The notes under the pieces are model-generated. The model did no database searches. It saw nothing but the letters and a program-made list of their open reading frames with translations, and was not told the DNA's origin. DNA of 7,744 nt, from the IMG/VR virus record IMGVR_UViG_2660237951_000006, one strand, 5' to 3'. The position numbers and the translations under genes are program-made. This document shows positions 1 through 6,953 of the stretch, in pieces. Positions within the stretch are counted from its first letter, which is position 1. Each line of letters opens with the position of its first letter. Source of the stretch: a virus (lineage: Duplodnaviria > Heunggongvirae > Uroviricota > Caudoviricetes).

Positions 1-10
1 GAGTTGGGCT

Positions 11-238
11 TTAATCTCTTCCATTGTCAGAAGCATACTCAGCCCTCTTTACTGGTCGTGGCTTTTTCTCTTTTGCCGCTTTACTGCTTTTTGCACTGAT
101 TCCGCGCTCTGCTAACCCGGCCTGAAGTGCAATCTCCTGCACCCGGGCAGGAAGCGCCCCGTCGTCATACTCACCGGCCCGAATGACCTCAACACGCATA
201 CCGTCCGGTGACCATTTCAGATCTTGTTTCAGGATCAT
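11..238 (-). CDS. Hypothetical small phage protein (75 aa) immediately downstream of the major capsid gene; lysine-rich C-terminal tail
   Basis: Complete ORF with ATG at 238 and TAA at 11-13. A GGTGA-like Shine-Dalgarno lies about 6 nt upstream. Same strand and operon position as the head genes. I do not recognise a family from the sequence. Confidence 0.45.
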   Translation of the reverse strand: MILKQDLKWSPDGMRVEVIRAGEYDDGALPARVQEIALQAGLAERGISAKSSKAAKEKKPRPVKRAEYASDNGRD

Positions 239-261
239 GATTCTTCACCCGTCAGAACAGG

Positions 262-279
262 GGGCGCGGTTCCGCGCCC
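262..279 (-). other. GC-rich stem-loop between the capsid gene and the next ORF (7-bp stem GGGCGCG/CGCGCCC, 4-nt loop), with no U-tract
   Basis: Perfect inverted repeat read directly at 262-268 and 273-279. It sits 9 nt after the capsid stop codon. No T-run follows on either strand, so it is not a canonical intrinsic terminator. Confidence 0.4.
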
Positions 280-287
280 TTGAGTGA

Positions 288-1493
288 TTACGCCGCTGCA
301 ATCTTCAGCAGTTTGATGGCCTGCGAATCGACCAGCATCCCGCCGGTGCGCTTGGTGGTATAAAAACCGACAAACGGTTTATTGGTGTACGGGTCACGCA
401 GAATGCGGGTGCCGATACGGTCAACGATGGTGTAACCCCGTTTGAAGTTACCAAATGCAATGGCTTTCGCATCAGCGGCGATATCCGGCATCTGTTCGTT
501 TTCAGCGATACCGTAACCCGCCAGAGAGGACGGCTGCCCCAGCTCCAGCCCCGGACGCCACAGATAGTTACCCTCGGTGTCTTTCAGCAGACGGATGGCA
601 AACAGGCTGTTGTTGTTCATCATGAACTTCGCGCCAGTGCGGTGTGCCTTACGCAGCGTGTAAATCAGTTTGATAATGGCGTCTGCGGTCACCGCGGTCG
701 CTTCGCCGGATACAATATGCTGAAGTTTGCCGAACGCCCGGACCTTGTCGGTTTCATCGGTGGATTCATACGCCAGGAACCCTTTCGGCTTCTTGGTGCC
801 ATCGCCTGAGGTAAAGGCAATTTCTTCCTGTTCGGCAAATTCGGTTGCCAGCTCGCTGTTGATCCAGGCCTCCACGTTGAAGAAGGCATCGTCCAGCATT
901 TTCTGGGTAGCCTGCGGGTTGCCGTAGATTTCCCCCATGAGAGGTTCAATCAGCTCCAGTCTGGAGGTGGCAGTCTGGGATCGCGTATCCGTTTCCCCCA
1001 CCCATCCGGAAGCCGTACCGCCCAGATTCACCAGTTTTTTGTAGTCGGAACCGCCAACGGTGATCACCGTGGCTTCCTGACGCATCACCACTTCATCTTT
1101 CAGCAGGTTAAGAATGTTGCGATCCAGTTCTTCCGGCACGGCGTAGCCACCGTCTTCATCGGTACCCACCTGCAATGCCTTACGCTCCAGATCGCGCAGA
1201 CCGTCTTCACGGCCTTTACGCAGGAAGCCCACAAACGCCTCTTTATGCTCGGTGGCCAGTTTATTTTGCGCTCCACCAGCCGGACGTTTCAGCTCAAGCA
1301 GCTCTTTTTCAAGGTCGCTTTTGAGATTTTCCAGCTCGCTTAGTTTCCCGTTCAGGGTTTCCACCTGCCCGGCAAGCTTGCCTTTTTCCTGCTCAATCGC
1401 ATCCACGCGCTTGTCGTTCTTTGCTTTGAAGTCGTCAAACTTCTGCTGCAGCTCCTGCGCGACCTGTTCGACATCTTTAATATCAACCGCCAT
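288..1493 (-). CDS. Major capsid protein, HK97 family, with an N-terminal coiled-coil delta (scaffold-like) domain
   Basis: 401-aa ORF. The first ~100 residues are E/K/L-rich heptad-like coiled coil, typical of the HK97 delta domain, followed by a capsid-fold-sized body. It lies directly downstream of the prohead protease and portal genes, the canonical HK97 order. Confidence 0.9.
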   Translation of the reverse strand: MAVDIKDVEQVAQELQQKFDDFKAKNDKRVDAIEQEKGKLAGQVETLNGKLSELENLKSDLEKELLELKRPAGGAQNKLATEHKEAFVGFLRKGREDGLRDLERKALQVGTDEDGGYAVPEELDRNILNLLKDEVVMRQEATVITVGGSDYKKLVNLGGTASGWVGETDTRSQTATSRLELIEPLMGEIYGNPQATQKMLDDAFFNVEAWINSELATEFAEQEEIAFTSGDGTKKPKGFLAYESTDETDKVRAFGKLQHIVSGEATAVTADAIIKLIYTLRKAHRTGAKFMMNNNSLFAIRLLKDTEGNYLWRPGLELGQPSSLAGYGIAENEQMPDIAADAKAIAFGNFKRGYTIVDRIGTRILRDPYTNKPFVGFYTTKRTGGMLVDSQAIKLLKIAAA

Positions 1494-1507
1494 CGTATTT
1501 CTCCTGA

Positions 1508-2158
1508 TTAGAAGTTCAGATTTTTCAGTGCATTCAGTGCAGAGCCCACATCCTCAGCGTCGCGCAGGGACAGTGCGCCATAGCCCCCGGCCATGAATGC
1601 TTTGGCCTGGGTACGGGAGAGTCCGACATCACGCAGGACTCTTTCGATTTTTTTCTGTTCGGGGATTTCCCCGCGGGCCAGTGCGTTCTTGACGTCGCTG
1701 ATCCGCGCCTCGTCGTTAGACGGGAACGTCACCAGGCTGACTTCCCAGAGGTCGATTTCTTTCAGCAGAAAGGCTTCTTTGCTCCGGTCGTATTCCCAGT
1801 CTTTCAGGACGTACCCAATAGAAAGGCCGGTTAACGAACCGGCCTTCATGTGTGCATGTGCGCGTTTTGCGAGGGGATCATCATCAATAAGCAACCGTCC
1901 CCTGACGTAAAGCCCGACATCGTCTTCCTTCATTTCGGTGTAAACACCGATGGGTTCATCCATGCGGTGCTGCCAGAGCAGCGCAGGTAACGCTTTTCTG
2001 TCACTCCACGCCCGCAGGGAAGCAGCAAATGCCCCGGACATCACCACATCATCGTGGCTGTCCTTTACACCAAAGACGGAGCCATACCCTTCAAACTCAC
2101 CGGAGTCACTGACAGATTTCAGACTCAGCGGTACATCAAGACGTTGTTTCGTCTGCAT
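1508..2158 (-). CDS. Prohead maturation protease, HK97 gp4 family
   Basis: ORF lies between portal and capsid genes, the canonical position. Start chosen at the internal ATG at 2158 (MQTKQRLDV...), which has an AAGGA Shine-Dalgarno 8 nt upstream. The longest ORF start at 2194 has no Shine-Dalgarno and would overlap the portal gene by 59 nt. Confidence 0.85.
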   Translation of the reverse strand: MQTKQRLDVPLSLKSVSDSGEFEGYGSVFGVKDSHDDVVMSGAFAASLRAWSDRKALPALLWQHRMDEPIGVYTEMKEDDVGLYVRGRLLIDDDPLAKRAHAHMKAGSLTGLSIGYVLKDWEYDRSKEAFLLKEIDLWEVSLVTFPSNDEARISDVKNALARGEIPEQKKIERVLRDVGLSRTQAKAFMAGGYGALSLRDAEDVGSALNALKNLNF

Positions 2159-3377
2159 TGGCGTTATCCTTCTGCTTACCGGCTTTACTGCCATCGGAGG
2201 GTTTCGTGGTCATGTTCATCGGTGTGAGATAGACATCACCACCGGGACGCGGATTCATATCTTCCAGGTCGCGGCAGTCATTGGGAGAGTAAATTCCCCA
2301 GTTAATCCCGGTGGCGTAGGCTTCAAAACGGGACTTCATATCCCCGCGCAGTAACGCCCCGGCGTTAAATTTGGCGTAATAAACGCCCTGCTTACTTTTT
2401 CGTACCAGTCCGGTGTTGATCCGCTGTTCGATGCGGGTCAGATACGGCACCAGTGAATAGTTGATAAATCCCAGCCCCAGCTCTTCGATATTGTTGAAGG
2501 TGGCGCGATCGGTGTTCTGCACCATGTGCAACGGCACCCGGAACAGACGACAGATTTCTTCAAGCTGAAACTTGCGGGTTTCCAGGAACTGGCTGTCCTC
2601 GGCGTTCAGCGCCATCGACTTCCAGTCCAGCCCCATCTCAAGGATCATCGGGCGGTGAGCATTGCCAAGCCCGGTGTGACGCTCCTCAAAATCTTTCTTC
2701 AGGCGCTCATAAGCCTGATCTGACAGCGTCTGCTCTGTACGCAACACACCCGACGTCACCGCGCCATTGCTGAACAGTCTGGCCCCGTGCTCTTCGGTCG
2801 CAGCTGCCAGCGATATTGCCTCGCGGGCATAGGCGATGGGATTCAGCCCCACCAGTCCGTCCAGCGTCAGCGTGCGCACATGCCAGATATCCTCCTGGCT
2901 CAGTACATCCGTGGAGCCATCCGGGAATGTGACCTGATAGATCGGCTCCCAGCTACTGTTAAGCTTCGGTACCACACAGCCGGGATCGACGGGCAGCAGT
3001 TCAGCCACTTCGCCAAATGCTTTCACTTTGTAGGCGTAAAAGTTTCCCCGCAGGCACAGACAGGTGACCACCAGCTCCCAGAACTCCTGCGGCGTCATAT
3101 AGCCATTGGGATGCGTGGAGATCAGTTTATGCAGACGTTCGCCGGTGGCTCTCTGCTTCAGGCTGCCGTTCAGGTGATACAGATTGCAGGGCAACATCCC
3201 GACCGACTCTGCCAGCACTCTGACGCAGGAAAAAACCGCCGTCAGTCGCATGGCCCGCTGACTGCTGATCTGCTTTCCGGTATAGGTGTCGTAGGACAAC
3301 CCGATGGCATCCGCCAGCTCTGCTGGCGTGGTCACCGGTGCGTCACTTTTTCGTTGAAATAATCCCGAAAAGAACAC
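2136..3377 (-). CDS. Portal protein, HK97 family
   Basis: 413-aa ORF directly downstream of the terminase large subunit. GTG start at 3377 is preceded by a strong GGAGG 6 nt upstream. The start overlaps the stop of the upstream mini-ORF (TAGTG). Confidence 0.9.
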   Translation of the reverse strand: MFFSGLFQRKSDAPVTTPAELADAIGLSYDTYTGKQISSQRAMRLTAVFSCVRVLAESVGMLPCNLYHLNGSLKQRATGERLHKLISTHPNGYMTPQEFWELVVTCLCLRGNFYAYKVKAFGEVAELLPVDPGCVVPKLNSSWEPIYQVTFPDGSTDVLSQEDIWHVRTLTLDGLVGLNPIAYAREAISLAAATEEHGARLFSNGAVTSGVLRTEQTLSDQAYERLKKDFEERHTGLGNAHRPMILEMGLDWKSMALNAEDSQFLETRKFQLEEICRLFRVPLHMVQNTDRATFNNIEELGLGFINYSLVPYLTRIEQRINTGLVRKSKQGVYYAKFNAGALLRGDMKSRFEAYATGINWGIYSPNDCRDLEDMNPRPGGDVYLTPMNMTTKPSDGSKAGKQKDNANADETTS

Positions 3378-3559
3378 TATTTACCTCCACCAACAGACAG
3401 CTGTGTACGGTCGAGATATCGCGCTACCAGCCACGACCAGAACAGGCACAACGCCCCGGCAACAACAAACCCCGCCGGGGGATAAATCAGCCAGGCACCA
3501 TACGCCAGCAAAAGCGCCCCCAGCACGCCCACCAGAGGCGCGAGAATCAGCATGATCAT
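3377..3559 (-). CDS. Small hydrophobic protein (60 aa) with two predicted transmembrane helices, inserted between terminase large subunit and portal
   Basis: ATG at 3559 with a GAGGT Shine-Dalgarno 5 nt upstream that overlaps the terminase stop. Its TAG stop overlaps the portal GTG start. Sequence [49 protein letters not shown] gives two hydrophobic segments separated by a PP turn, then a short polar tail. Confidence 0.55.
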   Translation of the reverse strand: MIMLILAPLVGVLGALLLAYGAWLIYPPAGFVVAGALCLFWSWLVARYLDRTQLSVGGGK

Positions 3560-3570
3560 AATTACCTCAG

Positions 3571-5304
3571 TTAAAGCGAGCGGATCCCATAGGACTCAAT
3601 GTGGTCAGACAGCGTGTCTTCTTTCTCGTACAGCATGGCTCTGCCAACCGCCATAATCAGCGCAACTGCACCGTCAATTTTGTTTTCCGCCTGCTCTTTG
3701 ACGGGTTTCACCACATCATCGTTACCCGGAATGGTTTTGCCGACCACATTGCCGATACACCAGGTCATGATGGGATTGCCATCATGATGAAAGCGCCCCG
3801 ATTCAATTGCCGCTTCCAGCTCTTTCATCGGGTCGGACATGTTGGTGTAGTTCTGAATGATAGTGACGGGATTCAGGTCTTCATCAGCAAGGTCATGTGA
3901 CAACCCGGTCGCCCCGAAGGGGTCGATGGGTGACTCACTGACCGGGCTGATTTTGTTCGCCGCTTTGGCCTCCTCGAGGATGTAGCGATAATCCACCTCC
4001 GCACCATCGGTAACGGTCAGAACGCCCATTTCCACCCATTTCTGAAAGCGTTCGGCTGTCCGGCGATCTTCATTTTTCTCGACGCTGTACACCGTGTCAT
4101 ACGGTACCCAGAAGCGCGGAGCCACACTGTAGTAATGCGTTTTACCGTCAATCTCGCGGGTATAAAGTCGCGCCATGCTGTTCATATCCAGCTTACGCGC
4201 CAGGTCAAAGGCCAGAATGCACGGTTGCCCCTCGAACTGCTCAAGGGTCAGTGATTTATCCTCGCAGCTCTGCCAGCTCACCAGGTTGAAATACGCCGAA
4301 CGCGCCGACACCCAGATATTGAGGTGTTTTGTTTTAAAGACGTTTGCCAGACGGGCGTTATTTTTCGCACGCTGCTGCTGACTTAACAAAAATTCGCGAT
4401 AAACCGACACGCCAATATTCGGGTTAGCTTTTTCCAGCACCTGCGGGTCGGTCCAGTCATCACCTTCATCAACGGTATAGATGATCCCGAACAGTTCATC
4501 GTTGGGCACCGAGCCGTTGAGCATCTCGATGACTTCCCGCCGCTTGTCGTAGCACGGCCCCTCAATGTTGTACCCGGCAGTAGTAATGGCCCACATCAGT
4601 GGCTGACGTCGCGCCCCCATCCCGGTAAGCATCGTGGTGTAAAGCGCATCGGTGGCGTGCTCGTGATATTCATCCACCACCGCACAGTGGGGTGATGAAC
4701 CATCACCGGGGTTACCGATCAGCGGTTCAAACCGCGCGCCATCCTCCGGACGATTCATGTTTGAGGCGTTAACCTCAATCCCGAACGCTTCCGTCAGCAT
4801 GGGTGTGCGTTTACACATCAGTCGCGCCGGGCGAAAGACTTCCCACGCCTGTTTCTCTGTCGTGGCACCGGAATACACTTCCGCGCCAAACTCGTTATCA
4901 CAGGCAAAACAATACAGGGCAACACCGGCAGAGATTGCCGATTTGCCGTTCTTACGGGGGATTTCGGTATACACCTCCCGGAAGCGGCGCAGCCGGGACC
5001 CTTTATTGACCCAGCCAAACGCACAGCAGACCACAAATAGCTGCCACGGCTCCAGCGTGATGGGCATCCTCTTGAATGCCCACTCACCCTTGGTGTGCGG
5101 CAACAGCTGAATAAATTTGGCGGCCCGTTCAGCCAGGTCCTTGTCGAAGCGGTAACGAAACGACTTACTTTTTTCCGCCATCAGGTCATCAAGATGGCGC
5201 TGGCAGGCCTGAATCACAAACTGGCAGGCCACAATCTTTCCGCGCACAACATCACGGGCATACTGATTGGCAGCATTTACGTTGGGGTAAGATTTCCGGC
5301 TCAT
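3571..5304 (-). CDS. Terminase large subunit (ATPase/nuclease)
   Basis: 577-aa ORF. Walker A-like GKS motif ([11 protein letters not shown]) and Walker B-like VVDEYHE in the N-terminal half. The ATG start overlaps the small-subunit stop (ATGA) at 5301-5304. Confidence 0.92.
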   Translation of the reverse strand: MSRKSYPNVNAANQYARDVVRGKIVACQFVIQACQRHLDDLMAEKSKSFRYRFDKDLAERAAKFIQLLPHTKGEWAFKRMPITLEPWQLFVVCCAFGWVNKGSRLRRFREVYTEIPRKNGKSAISAGVALYCFACDNEFGAEVYSGATTEKQAWEVFRPARLMCKRTPMLTEAFGIEVNASNMNRPEDGARFEPLIGNPGDGSSPHCAVVDEYHEHATDALYTTMLTGMGARRQPLMWAITTAGYNIEGPCYDKRREVIEMLNGSVPNDELFGIIYTVDEGDDWTDPQVLEKANPNIGVSVYREFLLSQQQRAKNNARLANVFKTKHLNIWVSARSAYFNLVSWQSCEDKSLTLEQFEGQPCILAFDLARKLDMNSMARLYTREIDGKTHYYSVAPRFWVPYDTVYSVEKNEDRRTAERFQKWVEMGVLTVTDGAEVDYRYILEEAKAANKISPVSESPIDPFGATGLSHDLADEDLNPVTIIQNYTNMSDPMKELEAAIESGRFHHDGNPIMTWCIGNVVGKTIPGNDDVVKPVKEQAENKIDGAVALIMAVGRAMLYEKEDTLSDHIESYGIRSL

Positions 5305-5795
5305 GACTCGATGATTTTCAGAAACGGGTTAGTGGCTTTCTTCTGCCCCGCCAGGCCAATCAGACGCTGGCGGCTGCTGGGGTCGAGTCCGAGCATTGCC
5401 CCCGTGCTGCTCATCTCGGACTCCTGTTCTTTTTTGGCGGTCAGCTCCGGATTTTTGACCCTGCCGCCCATTGCACCGGTGATGGTGTTGCCCTGTATGG
5501 CAATATTTTTCACGGCACGTCGCCAGAACTCATAGGCCACGCACCACCGCTCAAGCACCGCGAGGTCAGTCACGCACAACAGGCCATGACCGCAGAGTTC
5601 TTTGGTTGTCAGTTGCCACATGATCGTGGCGAGAGGGAGATCTTCTTCAGCGAACCACTCTGGTGGCTCAACACCTTTGATGGGCGTAAAAACAGGTTCA
5701 TCTTTGTTCAGGGCTCGCTTGCCGGGGTTTCCGGCCAGCGCCTTGCGCGCCGTTGGCTTGGGGCGACGCCCGGAACGCCCCGCCGTTCCAGCCAT
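5301..5795 (-). CDS. Terminase small subunit (P27 / HK97 gp1-like)
   Basis: About 164 aa, basic N-terminus, immediately upstream of and overlapping the large subunit. Start placed at ATG 5795, which has AGGAG 8 nt upstream. The track's GTG at 5804 has no properly spaced Shine-Dalgarno. Confidence 0.8.
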   Translation of the reverse strand: MAGTAGRSGRRPKPTARKALAGNPGKRALNKDEPVFTPIKGVEPPEWFAEEDLPLATIMWQLTTKELCGHGLLCVTDLAVLERWCVAYEFWRRAVKNIAIQGNTITGAMGGRVKNPELTAKKEQESEMSSTGAMLGLDPSSRQRLIGLAGQKKATNPFLKIIES

Positions 5796-5845
5796 ATGCG
5801 GCACTCCTGGTTAAATTTCATTTTTCGCGGGTATAAAAAAACGAT

Positions 5846-5894
5846 GGGGCGGGCAGTCCGGAAGACGCCAGGTCACAGGGATTTGACCCGCCCC
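5846..5894. repeat. GC-rich inverted repeat GGGGCGGG (5846-5853) / CCCGCCCC (5887-5894) separated by 33 nt, in the HNH-terminase intergenic region
   Basis: Read directly from the sequence. On the minus-strand transcript the structure is followed by AUCGUUUUUUUAUA. It lies where the cos site is expected in HK97-like genomes. Confidence 0.4.
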
Positions 5895-5920
5895 TCCCCT
5901 CAGACAGTTGAGAATTATTA

Positions 5921-6271
5921 TCACTTTAGCCGTTCACGGGCCGTCTTCGCCTTATGGCACGGCCAGCACAGGCTCTGCAGATTGCTGTCGGCATCTGTGC
6001 CGCCATGCGCTTTAGGAATGATGTGGTCAACGGTTTTCGCCTCACGTACCACACCACCACGCAGACATAACTGACACAGTCCTTTGTCACGCTTGAGCAC
6101 ACGTTCACGGATAACATCCCATTTCGAACCATAACCGCGCTGGTGTCTGGACTGGCCCGGCTTGTATTGCTTCCAGCCTTCACTTTTGTGGCTTTCGCAA
6201 TAGCCTGACGGGTCAGTTGTGGTATGGCGGCAGCCGCGAACACTGCAGGCTTTTGGGGTTCGTGGCGGCAT
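5921..6271 (-). CDS. HNH endonuclease (packaging-associated, HK97 gp74-like)
   Basis: 116-aa ORF with a zinc-binding Cys cluster (CSVRGC...C) and HNH core DHIIPKAHGGTDADSNLQSLCWPCHKAKT. It sits directly upstream of the terminase small subunit, as in HK97-like phages. Confidence 0.88.
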   Translation of the reverse strand: MPPRTPKACSVRGCRHTTTDPSGYCESHKSEGWKQYKPGQSRHQRGYGSKWDVIRERVLKRDKGLCQLCLRGGVVREAKTVDHIIPKAHGGTDADSNLQSLCWPCHKAKTARERLK

Positions 6272-6570
6272 ATGTACTAATCTCCGATTTATCCAAATTT
6301 CACTGCCATAATGCCGACATTCTCTGCCATTATTGGCTCCGTTTATCCGTTAAAAGGGATATCAGTTAAGTTATCCCGTGTAGGGTATAAGCCATTGTCG
6401 AGACCACTCATTGAATGGCCTCTGCAATAACCGATGTCTTTCCATCAGTCCGCCACCACAAAGAATCTTTTTTGCCATAAGGCAGGAGGTTCATCTTTCA
6501 GTGGCTGCCAGTGTTATTTCCCCACTTACTGGCTTGGGTTGCTTCGTGGTACTGCCGTAACTGGTGGTGC

Positions 6571-6590
6571 ACAGATTTAGTTAAATCTGT
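6571..6590. repeat. 20-bp near-perfect palindrome ACAGATTTA-GT-TAAATCTGT (9-bp arms, 2-bp spacer)
   Basis: Read directly: left arm 6571-6579, right arm 6582-6590, exact reverse complements. It lies inside the ~410-bp ORF-free stretch. Confidence 0.5.
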
Positions 6591-6681
6591 TCTCGCCTGA
6601 ACTATCTTTTACATACCCGGATTGTGGGGTGTAAATCACGGTTTCATTATCAAGCCCACCCGTAGATGTGCTTTGGAATGG

Positions 6682-6882
6682 CTACTGGCGGTCATTATGC
6701 TCGTAACGAGATACCGTCTTCCCGTTCTGGTTCATCACGTAGGCGACCTCGCCAGGTTTCAGGAATACATTTTTGTCCATTCCCGATACCGCGATGCTCT
6801 GCTGCCCCGGATTGAACCCTACACTCAACCCGCAATGAATCTCTTCACCGCCACCTGGCGACATTACTTTTACTGTTAACAT
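6682..6882 (-). CDS. Hypothetical small protein (66 aa) between the lysis cassette and the HNH gene; possible moron
   Basis: ATG at 6882 with GGAG 7 nt upstream and a TAG stop at 6682-6684. Same strand as the surrounding operon. No family recognised. An 85-aa plus-strand ORF overlaps it in antisense and was judged less likely. Confidence 0.45.
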   Translation of the reverse strand: MLTVKVMSPGGGEEIHCGLSVGFNPGQQSIAVSGMDKNVFLKPGEVAYVMNQNGKTVSRYEHNDRQ

Positions 6883-6906
6883 GCTTCTTCTCCTGCTTCT
6901 TCTGGG

Positions 6907-6934
6907 AATAAAAAAGCCCGACCGAAGTCAGGCT
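6907..6934 (-). terminator. Rho-independent terminator at the end of the lysis cassette
   Basis: On the minus-strand RNA: 8-bp stem AGCCUGAC/GUCGGGCU (one G-U wobble) with a UUCG tetraloop, then UUUUUUAUU. It starts 19 nt after the Rz stop. The plus-strand version has a C-A mismatch and no trailing U-run, so it is strand-specific. Confidence 0.65.
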
Positions 6935-6953
6935 CTGTTATTTGGGTGACGAA

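Noticed and set aside
689-949. Minus-strand alternate-frame ORF inside the capsid gene (689-949), and similar ones inside the terminase large subunit (4383-4565, 4818-5087)
   Set aside because: Embedded out-of-frame in well-supported genes, with Arg/Ser/Pro-rich products and no Shine-Dalgarno. Unlike Rz1 there is no signal peptide, lipobox or other functional signature.
727-5535. Multiple plus-strand ORFs of 60-190 aa (727-927, 1252-1596, 1593-1910, 1950-2354, 2526-2723, 2787-3362, 3338-3574, 3599-3900, 4175-4381, 4757-5110, 4803-5009, 5095-5535)
   Set aside because: All lie antisense within confidently assigned minus-strand structural genes. Their products are low-complexity, Ser/Arg/Pro-rich sequences typical of antisense frames in GC-rich coding DNA.
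5586-6074. Plus-strand ORFs 5586-6074 and 5602-5814 spanning the terminase small subunit, the intergenic region and the HNH 3' end
   Set aside because: Antisense to the terminase small subunit and HNH genes, with Arg/Ser/Pro-rich products and no ribosome-binding sites; they run through the region interpreted as cos.
6123-6130. GGTTCGAA motif on the minus strand resembling a tRNA T-loop
   Set aside because: It lies inside the HNH coding sequence, and no acceptor stem or anticodon arm could be built around it.
5926-6243. 105-aa minus-strand ORF overlapping the HNH gene in another frame
   Set aside because: Entirely inside the HNH ORF, which carries the recognisable HNH catalytic and zinc-finger motifs. 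The alternate frame has no recognisable features.
6582-6684. In-frame extension of the 66-aa ORF past its TAG stop (about 33 further sense codons on the minus strand), suggesting stop-codon read-through
   Set aside because: The extension is short, of unremarkable composition and ends at another stop. An open stretch of that length is expected by chance, and there is no independent signal for programmed read-through.
6622-6879. 85-aa plus-strand ORF antisense to the 66-aa minus-strand ORF
   Set aside because: It begins with a non-ATG (TTG) codon with no Shine-Dalgarno, lies on the opposite strand to every other gene in the operon, and the minus-strand ORF has a well-spaced GGAG. Not fully excluded; homology search would settle it.
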